A DNA stretch of 64,000 bases from the NCBI RefSeq assembly GCF_004010195.1, contig NC_057749.1, positions 7,027,416 to 7,091,415 on the forward strand, read 5' to 3'. Below are positions 12,397 through 23,797 of this stretch, one piece after another. This DNA is from Chiloscyllium plagiosum (lineage: Eukaryota). The notes beneath the pieces are model-generated. The model did not search any database, had not been told where the DNA came from, and saw only the letters and a program-made list of their open reading frames with translations. The position numbers and the translations under genes were made by a program. Each line of letters opens with the position of its first letter. Within the stretch, counting starts at the first letter, position 1.

Positions 12397-12805
12397 TCAT
12401 TAGAGAGAGGTAGTTGTTGGTGAATTTAACCTGAGGGTTACCACTCCCTCAATAGAGAGGGGTAGTTGTTGGTGAATTTAACCTGAGGGTTGCCACACCT
12501 TCATTAGAGAGGGGTATTTGTTGGTGAATTTAACCTGAGGGTTACCACACCATCATTAGAGAGGGGTAGTTGTTGGTGAATTTAACCTGAGGGTTACCAC
12601 ACCGTCATTAGAGAGGGATAGTTGTTGGTGAATTTAACCTGAGGGTTACCACACCGTCATTAGAGAGGGGTATTTGTTGGTGAATTTAACCTGAGGGTTA
12701 CCACACCATCATTAGAGAGGAGTAGTTGTTGGTGAATTTAACCTGAGGGTTACCACACCGTCATTAGAGAGGGGTAGTTGTTGGTGAATTTAATCTGAGA
12801 GTCAT
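12397..12805. repeat. Minisatellite, ~8 x 52 bp, expanded inside a SINE-B copy (12390-12915, - strand)
   Basis: Unit tcattagagaggggtagttgttggtgaatttaacctgagggttaccacaccg. The tagttgttgg anchor recurs at 12411, 12463, 12515, 12567, 12619, 12671, 12723 and 12775. Confidence 0.97.
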
Positions 12806-13218
12806 CAGGTGAGGAGTGAGGTTGAGGAGGAATGACTTTCATGGTAACCTCAGCTGGTGTTGGCGTCACAGTACATCACTAACCAGCTATCCAGCTGACT
12901 GAACTAACTGACTCCCTAAGGTTCACGTTCTTAACAGGTATCACAAAAGTTCAATCAGATCAAGGGTGTATCCTCCAAAACTGGTGAGGTGGGAAAGCCA
13001 TTGAAGAGCTTTATTTGTTCTAGGATAACTGGGTAGATAAGGGAAAAGATAGCCTGTGGTGGGGAATGTAGAGCAAGGGTGAATTACAGAAATGTACAAT
13101 GGTTACAGCATGGAAGGAGGCTATTTTGCCCATAGTGTCGATGCTGGTTCCGTGCAAGAGCAACTTGTCCACTGCTGCAGTAATTAATTGTAGTTCAGTG
13201 GGATAATGAGCAAAACGT

Positions 13219-13572
13219 GGTGGCACGGTGACCCAGTGGTTAGAACTATGGCCTCACAGGGCCAAGGACACGGGTTTGATTCCATCCTTGAGCAACTCTC
13301 TCTATGGAGTTTGCACATTCTCTCTGTGTCTGTCTGGACTTCCTCCCCCCCCACCCCCCACCACCACCACCACCCCCCTAATCCCCACACCCAACAAACA
13401 ACCCAAAGATGTGCAGGTTAGGTGAATTGACCATGCTAAGTTGCCCATGGTGTTCAGGAATGTGTAAGTGAGGTGCATTAGTTAGGGGTAAATGTAGGGT
13501 CGGAGAATGGGTCTGGGTGGGTTACTCTTTGGAGGGTCAGTGGCCTGTCTCCAACTGTAGGGATTCTATGAT
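13219..13572 (+). mobile_element. HE1-type V-SINE with a C-rich expansion at ~13344-13400
   Basis: Head, V-domain and tail present; (C)n/(CCA)n inserted at the ttcctccc|caatccaaaga position. Confidence 0.88.
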
Positions 13573-13736
13573 GTGGAGAAATGAGAGTCAAGGTGGAGAT
13601 CAGCAATGGTTGAACAGAACTGTGGAAGAATCCCAAGGGAGCTGATTGACCTGTTAGAAAGTGTAAGGGAATGGGGTGCAAAGACAGGGCTAAGCTTACC
13701 AATGAAGAGGACCAGACTCTTGCCAGTGAAGAATAC

Positions 13737-13868
13737 CTTGGAGAAAGTGAGGGCCGCAGATGCTGGAGAGTCAGAGTTGATAAAGTGTGGAGCTGGACAA
13801 AGCTCAGCAGGTCAGGCAGCATCCAAGGAGCAAGAGAGTCAACATTGTGGGCATAAGCCCTTCTTCAG
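13737..13868 (-). mobile_element. PLE family A pLTR end, single arm
   Basis: ggagaaagtgagggccgcagatgctggaga...gggcataagcccttcttcag. 13-bp TSD cagtgaagaatac at 13724-13736 and 13866-13878. Confidence 0.85.
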
Positions 13869-14994
13869 TGAAGAATACATGCTCAGCCAAAATGCATCCA
13901 GAACAGTGACCCAGATTAAAGTCAATATCCCCAGGGGGAAGAACGGAAGAGGGTAAATGAGGCTGCAGTATCTCACATAGCATTTGGATAACGGGCCTTC
14001 ATAAAACCACCAGCATCTTCCGATTTCACTTTAAGTAAAAGAAGTGAAAAGAGTAGAACTTTGAAGTGAATAAATGATTAATACAGTTATGTTGGCAGAA
14101 AGTAAAGAGGACTTCTTTAATTTGGTTAATAAAGCCCCTCTTTCATGTATTTGATATACTTAACAGTCACTTTCGTGATAATAGATGAAAAGTCAAATGA
14201 AAAGAATCGCTCTTAACTTATCTTGAAGCCAAAGGACTGACAGCTTCTACAGCTACAGAAATCCATACATCATTACATACAGGTACTTTTTCAGTACATT
14301 AATTTTACTCCCCCCTATCTTATATGAGTTGAGAAGAATATTAAGAGAGATAAGACTTAAAGAAATTAGTCAAACTGACAAGAGAATTTGCAGCATAGAC
14401 ATACTTCAACTGAAAATTGTGTTTTATACTGTAGACCAGCACAGTAACAAGATCTCAGCTCCATCAATTACAGTGGGAAGCAAATTCGAACATTTAATTT
14501 TATCATTATATATTCTCTATTGCTCTTGGAAGAGGCAGTGCAAATGATCTGTACTCTTAAATGTCCAGAATTTTGCACTTCTTCCCTCAAAACCTTTTGC
14601 ATCTCTGCTTCTCTCTCCATCATCAGTTTAGACATAGAGGTGTGGGCAGAGACTGGGGCATGAACAGAACAATGGAGCCAAATGGACTATTTCTGTTCAT
14701 CCTGTGTCATTTGAAGCTTTCTGGGTGACACAAAATCCCTCTCTTCTAATTCCTGCCAGCAATCTCCAGCTGCCTTTTTACTGTGGAACCTTTCAAGAAA
14801 TTAAAAGAGTCAATTGTAACTGGTGACTTGTACTTTCCTGACCATTTGTGCAGCCAAGGAATGGATAAGCTGGAAGAATTTCTGTCTATTTTACAAATCA
14901 GCCCAGGCTCAAATTGCACACTTTCGTTTGTTTCTGATGTAACCTGCACCCAAATCAGCAAAGCTAAAGCTCAAATCATCAAAGTTCCTGTGAT

Positions 14995-15273
14995 TTAGAT
15001 TAGATTAGATTACTTACAGTGTGGAAACAGGCCCTTCGGCCCAACAAGTCCACACCGCCCCGCCGAAGCGCAACCCACCCATGCCCCTACATTTACCCCT
15101 TACCTAACACTACGGGCAATTTAGCATGGCCAATTCACCTGACCCGCACATCTTTGGACTGTGGGAGGAAACCGGAGCACCCGGAGGAAACCCACGCAGA
15201 CACGGGGAGAACGTGCAAACTCCACGCAGTCAGTCGCCTGAGGCGGGAATTGAACCCGGGTCTCTGGCGCTGC
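14995..15273 (-). mobile_element. Young HE1-type V-SINE (CpGs intact), slightly 5'-truncated
   Basis: (ttaga)n tail, then rc of V-domain ggaaaccggagcacccggaggaaacccacgcagacacggggagaacgtgcaaactcca. Confidence 0.95.
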
Positions 15274-15445
15274 CAGATTGTGACTTCCTTGAGTGAGGGG
15301 AAATTGGATTCTATTACACTACCTGTAAAAGGGAAAGTTTCAGGACCAAGAATTTCTTTTACAGTTTCTATTCTTTTGAGGTGAGGAATGATGGAACTTG
15401 GAGTTTTTTTTCTCTCCTTTAGATGCCCGGTGTCAATAGACAGCA

Positions 15446-15640
15446 GGTCTGAGGAGGGCCCACTCAACCCGAAATGTTAAATCTGATTTCTCTCCACAGT
15501 TGTTGCCAGACCTGCAGAGCGTTTCCAGAAATTCCTGTTTTTGTGCCAATAGACAGCTGACGTTGGAGATCTGAAATATAAAAAAAACTGAATGTGCTGG
15601 AGAGACTCAACAGTTCTTGCAGCTTCTGTGGAGAAAGGAA
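15446..15640. mobile_element. Two PLE family C pLTR ends, convergent (15446-15545 +, 15553-15640 -)
   Basis: ctgaggagggcccactcaacccgaaatgtt-aaatctgatttctctccacagttgttgccagacctg, followed by an rc copy. Confidence 0.65.
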
Positions 15641-16119
15641 CTAAGGTAGCATAGAAATATTGAAAGTAGGAACAGGACAAGGTTTTTCAGTCCTTTGAAC
15701 TTTCTCCAGCATTCAATATGTTCATGGGTAAAGGTTCAATACCCTGTGACCTTTTACCACGGGAGTGTGGGGTTGAAAGGTGACCTTATAGAACTTTATT
15801 GAATCCTAAGGGACATGGATAAGGCAAATAGTCAAGGTATTTTCCCGAGGGTAGGGGTTTAAAACTAGAGGGCATATTTTTAAGGTGAGAGCAGGAAGAT
15901 TTAACTCAGTATCTGAGTTGGATGATGAGACATAAGTCCAAAGGCCCACATCTTTTCATCCCTTTAGCCCTAAAACTATAATGTTTCAAATGCAATATGA
16001 TTCTTGATGGGAATTGTTCAAGATACAGCTATCTTGCTCCAACTCTCTTGGAGCATTAGCAGTGGCCCAGTGAATAGACCCTCTCCCCCTAAATCACACT
16101 GTTCTGTGTTTAACCTCCA

Positions 16120-16615
16120 CTCTCGGGCAGCACTGAGAAAGTGCTGGACTGTCAGAGATACTGTCTCTCACATGAGACTGCCATCTGCCTACTGAGAAGG
16201 ATGTATGAGATCCTAGGGTATCATAGAACTCCCTTCCAAATGATACAGTGGGTCTACATACAGCACATGAACCGTAGGGGTTCAAGATGTCATCTCACCA
16301 CCATCTTCTTAAGGACAACTAGGAACGGGCAATAAATGCTTGTCCAGCAATGCCCATCTCCCATGAATGATGAGGCAAAAAACATTTCAAAGAAAAGATG
16401 TGATTGGGACAAAATTTATTCCTTGAATAACATCAGAAAGACAGATTATCTGGTATTACCATACTGCTGTTTGTGAGAGTTTGGTGTGTGCACAGATTGG
16501 CCTGGCTTTTCCAACATTACAATGACAACCATACTTTGGCTATACTTCATTAGATGTCAGGGCCTCCAGATCTCATGTAGTCATGAAAAGTACAATATAA
16601 ATGCAAGTCTTTCTT
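16120..16615 (+). mobile_element. DeuSINE (SacSINE1/AmnSINE-like), split by a CR1/SINE-C type tail at ~16270-16380
   Basis: Deu-like gtgctggactgtcagagatactgtctctcacatgagac; later acagattatctggt...tgctgtttgtgagag and an L2-type tail atataaatgcaagtctttc. Confidence 0.7.
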
Positions 16616-16794
16616 ACATCTGAAGGATAGGAAAGCTATGGATTTATAACATGTGAAAAAGAATCAAAGGATTTATTGTCACAGGTGATTTACTTCTTCA
16701 CATTAATTCTAAAGTTGACATTTTTTGCTGCCTTTTACAGGTCAAAGATATTGCACTCGAAGAGCAGATTCTGTTGCATACAGAAAGCTTCAAC

Positions 16795-17095
16795 TTTTCA
16801 TTTGTTCATTCGCAGGGTCTGGATATCACTGACCAAGCCAGCATTTATTTCCCATCCCTAATTGCCTAGAGGGGCAGTTTAGAGTCAACCACATTTCTGT
16901 GGGTCTGGAGTTACATGTCAGCCAGACCAGGTAAGAAAGTGCAATAGTGAACCATGTGGTGTTGAGTAGAGTTCCACTGACAGACCCAGTCTTTTTTGTA
17001 GATTTCATTGAATTTAAATTTCACTGTCTGCTCCTACAGCATTAACCTGAGGTTTATGGATTACAAGCCCAGTGACATTACCATGACTGTATCAC
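16795..17095 (-). mobile_element. SINE family C
   Basis: gccagcatttatttcccatccctaattgcc...agagtcaaccacatt...ggtctggagttacatgt. Confidence 0.8.
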
Positions 17096-17194
17096 TCCCC
17101 TCTTTACTCAGTGCAACTATGTGTCCCTTGAACAGCGAACCAATATTTTATAATGGTAATGCAGTTGCTTCTCATCGACATGACTTTGGAGTAT

Positions 17195-17663
17195 AAATGC
17201 AGAGAAGATTTACCAGGATGTTGCCTGGAATGGAGAATAGGTCGTACGAGGATAGGTTGAGAGTGCTAGGCCTTTTCTCGTTGGAACGGCGAAGGATGAG
17301 GGGTGAATTGATAGAGGTCTATAAGATGATCAGAGGAATAGATAGAGTAGACAGTCAGAAACTTTTTCCCCGGGTACAACAGAGTGTTACAAGGGGACAT
17401 AAATTTAAGGTGAAGAGTGGAAGGTATAGGGGAGATGTCAGGAGTGGGTTCTTTACCCAGAGAGTGGTGGGGGCAAGGAATGCACTGCCTGTGGGAGTGG
17501 TAGAGTCGGAATCATTGGCGACCTTTAAGCGGCATTTGGATAGGTACATGGATGGGTACTTAATCTAGGTTAGAAGTTCGGCACAACATCGTGGGCCGAA
17601 GGGCCTGTTCTGTGCTGTATTGTTCTTTGTTCTATGTTATATGTTCTATGTTCTATGTTCTAT
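17195..17663 (+). mobile_element. Young 5'-truncated CR1 LINE 3' end
   Basis: Open frame 17197..17568 QRRFTRMLPGME..SYEDRL..LGLFSLERRRMRGELIEVYKMIRGIDRVD...TRGHKFK...FFTQRVV...ALP; (tgttcta)n tail. Confidence 0.95.
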
Positions 17664-18461
17664 TCCAAACCATAACAGTAGCATTTTTCTTGCAGTGCAT
17701 TATAATCCAAGTTTAGTTGACTTTTGAGTAGTTATCATTTTCCTCACTTCAAGGCTCACTTCCCTGTTTGGTTAACAACACTGCACCAGAATGTTATTTT
17801 TTGACAAGTATCACATAGCGTCAGACTTAGGAAGTAAAGGATAAAGATCAACAATTTGAAAAGCTGCTGAATTATTAAACTGGCAGTCAGCCTATATAAG
17901 TTCCTTTACCATCACTGACTGCCGTTGATAATATAGAGGCAAGATTTCCTCTGCTTAGCCATTTATAAAGAAAGGCGACACTCTAGAAACGTAGAAACTC
18001 ACCCTCAGTTATTCTCCGAAAAGTTCTGATTTTATGAGTGTAGCTGTAGATCTAAGACTGAGTATTTAAAATAATTCCAAACTGTGTTAATCAATGAAAA
18101 GAAAGTTGCGTTTATACAGTACCTTCTGCAAGATCTTCGAAATCATCTTACATCCGAGTTTTGAAACAAAGACTTTTGCAGAGTGGGAAGTGTAACCAAT
18201 TTTCATACAGTGAACTTCCACAACAAACACTGAAATAAATAACTGGATAACCAGCATTTAATAATGTTGGTTGAGGAATCAATATTGGTCAGTACACCAG
18301 GGAGAATTCCTTTGCTCTTCTTCAGAGAACTTCTTTCCTGAGGGGACAGTACTATGCTCAAAACACACTGCCTCAGACCAGAAAAGGTAAAGTTGCCATA
18401 GTTCTACCATTGAAAGGAGACAGCAAGTTTAATCTGAGGATCACCATGCTTCAGGCAATGG

Positions 18462-19419
18462 TGAGAAGGGCACTATCTGTGAGATCCTTCTTGTACGATC
18501 AGCCTGTCTGCGTCACTGCACGCTGCCCTTGAAGCAACTGTTGGGGCAATGAGACTGTCACACATCTCCTTCTGGAATGTGCCTTTGCAAAGGAAGTCTG
18601 GAGGAAGGTACAGTGGTTTTTGTTGAGGTTCATCCCGAGCAGCTCCATGACGTGGGACTCTGTGATCTACGGTCTGCTCCCTGCCAGAGACACACTGAGA
18701 CAAACATCGACTGCGCCTGGACGACCATCCATGCAGTGAAAGATGTTCTTTGGTCTGCCCAAATTGAGTCGGTCTTCCAGAGCAAGGAGCTTTCCCTGAC
18801 TGAGTGTTGCAGACTGGCACATTCCAAGGTCCAGGATCATGTACTGAGGGACATACTAAAGCTCGGGGCAACTGCCACCAAAGTCGTAATGGGAAAAGAC
18901 CACTGTCTGAGGTCCTTCTGCCAAAGTTAAACTGGAGTCTGATCAGTTAATGGACCTTCCTGGTACCTCAAATGCATGTAAAGATTAGATTCCCTACAAT
19001 GTAGAAACAGGCCCTTTGGCCCAACCAGTCCGCACCGACCCTCCAAAGAGTAACCCACCCAGACTCATTTCCCTCTGACTAATGTACCTAATACAATGGG
19101 CAACTTATCTAATCTACACATCTTTGGACTGTGGGAGAAAACCCAAACAGACGCAGGGAGAATGTGCAAACTCCACACGGACAGTCACCCAAGGCTGGAA
19201 TCGAAGCTGTGACCCTGGTGCTGGGAGGCAGCAGTCCTAACCACTGAGCCACAGTTTGGTTCAAGTAAGTGATGCCTTTGGTTTGTTTGAATAGAGTCAA
19301 ACTCCAATGTTTGTTTGTTTCCTTGATATCCTACCGTAAAGAACTGAACTGTGTTTGCGACTATGTAAAGATATGAAGTCTTTTTTTTATGATTAAAGTA
19401 TATTTTGAAATAAAAAAAC
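18462..19419 (+). mobile_element. 5'-truncated Tx1/L1-clade LINE (ORF2 C-terminal CCHC region, 3' UTR, poly-A)
   Basis: Disrupted frame RCP*SNCWGNETVTHLLLECAFAKEVW...AWTTIHAVKDVLWSA. A-rich tail at 19408-19419. TSD atcaccatgcttcaggcaatgg at 18440-18461 and 19420-19441. Confidence 0.88.
18981..19253 (-). mobile_element. HE1-type V-SINE nested in the Tx1 3' UTR
   Basis: agattagattccctac tail ... ctaaccactgagccac head (rc). Confidence 0.92.
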
Positions 19420-20244
19420 ATCACCATGCTTCAGGCAATGGGTGAGGTTGGGAAGCTAAGATTGTCATGGTAACCCCAGCCAGCACTGAACCCATGCTAT
19501 TGGTATGACTTTGCATTGCAGGCCACCCATCCAGTCACCTGTGCAAACCAACCCCCTCTGACAGTGTAGCACGCTCTCCGCACTGCACCAGACTGGATTT
19601 GTGTAATTTATTTTCTGGACTCACCGTGAACCTACAAGTCTCTGACTCTGACACAAAAGATGAGAAGGATGCCATTGAGTTGTGGATTACATGACTGGAG
19701 TTCCTTGTGGCGATTAGCATTTTAAAAATACATGCAAGTTAAATAATCAGCTATAGATAACTTATGTTTGTAAAACAAGATTAAGTTATTTCTTTGCCAA
19801 CATGAAAGAGAAATCACTGGACGTAAGAACTAGGAGCAGGAGGAGGCCAATTCAGCCCCTCGAGCCTACTCCCGCCATTCAATACAATCACGGCTGGTCT
19901 CATCTCAACCTCGACTCCACTTTTATGCCCGTTCCCCATAACTCTTCAACCCTTTACTAATTCAATATCTGGCTATCTCCTCCTTCAATGTATTCAGTGT
20001 CCTGGCTGAAGATGTAGCAATTGTTAAATAACTGAAGGTTCCGGCCAGGTTTTAACACAATTGAAGAGTTAAATTAATGAGGTGAGAAGGGAGAATAGGT
20101 TTAACTCAAATTGTTTAGACAAGAATAAATAGTCTCCCTAGCCTTCCCATCGCTCTGTTGACCCCACCACCATTTTTGGGAAATTCACCAGTTTTCAGTT
20201 GTCAAAATTGTGAGTTAGCGGATTTAATGATTCTGGAAATATTT

Positions 20245-20525
20245 TAGATTAGATTAGATTCCTACAGTGTGGAAACAGGCCCTTCAGCCCAACAAGTCCA
20301 CACTGACCCTCCGAAGAGCAACCCACCCAGACCCATTCCCCTACATTTACCCCTTCACCTAACACTACGGGCAAGTTAGCACAACCAATTCACCTAACCT
20401 GCACATTTTTGGACTCTGGGAGGAAACCGGAGCACCCGGAGGAAACCCATGCAGACACATGGAGAATGTGCAAACTCCACACATACAGGTGGGAATTGAA
20501 CCCGGGTCGCTGGCGCTGAGAGGCA
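20245..20525 (-). mobile_element. HE1-type V-SINE
   Basis: (ttaga)n tail and rc V-domain. Confidence 0.92.
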
Positions 20526-21794
20526 TTAATTGCACATTTCATCAGTAAAGTGTCCCAAGCGTTTAAAGATATAATTTAAATGGGTGCAACTTATACCAAA
20601 GGGCAATCTACCAGCACATGAATGCTAACATGCTATCGCCCTGTCAAAAAATGAACGAAGAGATCTCACAGTGAGGTAGAAAACATTGTCTGCTCAACCA
20701 TGGTCACCAAAGATGAATGAATGAGCCACATGGCTCAGTACTCCATTGGGGGTTCACTGCGCACCAACTGGATGGTGGACCTCCATTTCCTCCGAGGTAA
20801 CTCCCAGGTAGCTCACTGCCCATGAAGCAGTGACCATGATAGGACCCTCTATGAAGGCCTTTATTATTAAGGCTTAATAAGGCTTGCAATCACAGAAAAT
20901 AAATTGGATTGTCCCTTCTCCTGCTCCGCATCTAACACCCACCCTTCCATCACATGGTGTTGTTCACAACATGTACAGTTTCATATAACCATTTTCCAGT
21001 TTGCACAACTCTAAAGCATCATTCTTCCACCGCACCAATAATTTACAGGTTAGCATTCATTTCTGAAGGAACACTATGGATAAACATAGTAATTATTCAG
21101 TAAAAGCCCAAGGTCCAATGTACTTCAATTTCTAACATCCTCACGAGTCTATGATATGATGATACTGTAACGGAGTTCTTGACTACTCATGGCAATCAAT
21201 CTCCATCAATTAATCTACAACAAACCCAGACACAAGGTGAGAAAACCCTCCCAGTGGCAGTGAGCTGTGTGCACCATGGGCTTAAATTAACCTGTTCTTC
21301 CCAGCAACTGCTTCCCATTGCCATATGCCGTGTCTCAAATTACTCATATACTGTGTCTCAGAGTATTGTTTTCTGAAAATAACCTCGCTAAATAAACGCT
21401 AACTGCTTCTACCATCTCCCTAATGTTATCTGCACTTATCTCATTATACGGAACCCTGATGTTTTTTTCCTATTGAACAGAATAAATGAATCAGAAATTA
21501 CTCTGAGTCACTAAAGAACCTCCCTGAACACCATACAAATGTGATTACACACCACACCTTACTTACTTAGTTCAGTCTTTACCCTCATAAATATTACCTC
21601 TGGTTAGAAAATTTGCATTTGCTTTGATTTAACATTGTTTCTGCTATAAGACAAATAGGGATGATGGAAATACCTTTCTGACAAAATTTCATTTGGTTGA
21701 AATGCCAACTTTGCATCTGTCTCCACAGCTACAGCCTGATCTGTTGAGCATTCCCAGCATTTTATGACGTTGTCTCAGATTTGCAACACACACG

Positions 21795-22035
21795 TTTTCT
21801 CTAATCAACCTATTCAGAGATGTTATTATATACCTCTGGAGAAAGATGAGACTTGAACCTGGATCTCCTGGTTCAGAGATAGGGACACTACCACTGTGCC
21901 ACAGGAGCTGTAGGACCCGCATTCAGGTATTTTCTAATCAACCTATTCAGACATATCATGCCACACCTCCAGGTCAAGCAGGACTTGAACCCAAACCTTC
22001 TGGCTCAGAGATAGGGACACTACTACAACAACCCC
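21795..22035 (-). mobile_element. Two tandem tRNA-like SINE heads (short family related to SINE D)
   Basis: tctaatcaacctattcaga...gacttgaacc...tcagagatagggacactac occurs twice (~21795-21905 and ~21930-22035). Another copy lies at 63616-63705. Confidence 0.7.
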
Positions 22036-22398
22036 TACAGTTTTCCAGCATTGTGCGCTTTTGCATTAACATCAACTGTGCCTCAATGAGTAACACTCTC
22101 AACTAAGGCTGTGGGTGGAAGTTCTACTTTCGAAACTTGACCACAGAGTTTAGGCTGAGACATGCTGCATTGCTGGGAGTGCTCTTTTCGCGTGAAATGT
22201 TTAAACAGGGTCCTCCCCTGTGGAAGGATAGCACCCCTAGTTTGAAGGTGTTCTCCCCAGTATGTTAGTTATTCTTTTCCATCATCCAACATGACTGAAG
22301 CAAACATAGAGACTGCTGGAGAAGCTCAGCAGATCTGTGAAGAGAGAAGCAGAGTTAATGTCTTGAGTATGGTTTGACTTTTCCTCCGAACAAATCAC

Positions 22399-22520
22399 TG
22401 AATCACGTTATCATGAATGTGGTCACAGTGAATCAGGTTATCATGAACACGGTCACAAGTGAATCACGTTATCATGAATGTGGTCACAGTGAATCAGGTT
22501 ATCATGAACATGGCCACAGT
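22399..22520. repeat. 4 x 30-bp tandem repeat with A-B-A-B order
   Basis: tgaatcacgttatcatgaatgtggtcacag alternates with tgaatcaggttatcatgaaca(c/t)gg(t/c)caca(a)g. Confidence 0.93.
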
Positions 22521-23439
22521 TCTGTTTATGGAAGGCTATTGTATGCAGATTGGCTGCTATGTTTTCTACAACAATACTGCATGTCAACTGCATGGCAGTG
22601 ATTATATAGATACTTTGGGACTGTTTATGAGGACCCAATTCTTAAACTAAAGTCTTTTTTTCTTTCTTTCGACTATAAGGTCACTTGTTCAAATCCAGGT
22701 CTTTGCTGAATTGTCTGATCTCTGCTGGAATGTTGCAACTCGTATGCATTCACTCACAGGATTTAGGCACCCTGGGAAAGGCTGGTATTTATTCATTGCC
22801 CTTGTCCGTTTGCCCATGAGAAGGTGGTGTGGAATTGCCTTCTGACCTGCTGCAGCCTGTGTGCTGATGGTACACTACTGCGACACAGGGGGTTCCAATG
22901 ATTTGACCGAGTCAGGCAAATCTGATCAAAGGGAGATCAAGGCCTCTCCGGAGTGGACCCGCTCCCCTTTACCCAACGGGTGAAGCTGCAAGGTATCGCT
23001 GCAGCCAGCGTCACCACTCTTGGTGGTCACAGCCAGTATTGCACCCTGTTGAGGGCTGAGACTGCCAAGGGAGCTACATGACTGTTGGAATGCACCCGTG
23101 AATGTGGTCTGAGGCAGGGTTGGAGGAGGTGGGGTCAGGGAAAGGGCAAGAGTTGTGGCTCTTGTTGAGCATGTCCTTCCTGATGAGAGACGTATTGAAG
23201 AAAATTCTCCTGAAGTCGCCTGGATACTTTTTGCCAATATCCTTTCACAACCTTTCTTTGCTTTTTAGCTGCTTTTTGAATTGTACCTCTCCACATTCCA
23301 AACTCCCTTTAGTTTGGGATTATGGTCGGCATGGACTGGTTGGACCGAAGGGTCTGTTTCTGTGCTGCATGACTTTCTGACTCCCCTCGGCTTCCTGTCT
23401 TATGCTGGAGCATTTGAGGCTTGTGGTTGGGAGTGGAAA

Positions 23440-23797
23440 GGGGGGCAGTTTGGTAGAAGTTTATAAAATTGTGCGAAGCATGGACGGGGGCGGGGATTCT
23501 CAGGATGTAAGTGTCAAATACTGGGAGGCATGGGTTTATTGGGCGTGGGGGAAAGTTGAAAGGAGATGTGCAAGGGAAGTTTTTTTGAGGATATTAGGTG
23601 CTGGACTGCACTGTTGGTGGAGCTCGTAGAAGCAGAGGGCAATAGCAACATTTAATGTTCAGACAGACACACAAACAGGCACGGAATAGAGGGATACGGA
23701 CCATGTGCAGGCAAGATGGGATTGGTTTAGAATGGCATCATTGTCAGCAGAGCCATGGTGGGCCAAAGGGCCTAATCCTATGCTGTACTGTTCAATG
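23440..23797 (+). mobile_element. CR1 LINE 3' end, diverged
   Basis: LVEVYKIVRSMD motif and tail gggccaaagggcctaatcctatgctgtactgttc. Confidence 0.75.

Noticed and set aside
12397..12805. CRISPR-like array
   Set aside because: Units are contiguous with no unique spacers, derive from a SINE interior, and there are no cas genes; the context is eukaryotic.
15019..15384. Recurrent small ORFs such as GNLAWPIHLT..SLDCGRKPEHPEETHADTGR
   Set aside because: These are incidental translations of HE1 SINE copies, not a protein family.
23180..23205. CTGATGAG...GAAA as another hammerhead
   Set aside because: There is no pairable stem II between the motifs and no pLTR context.
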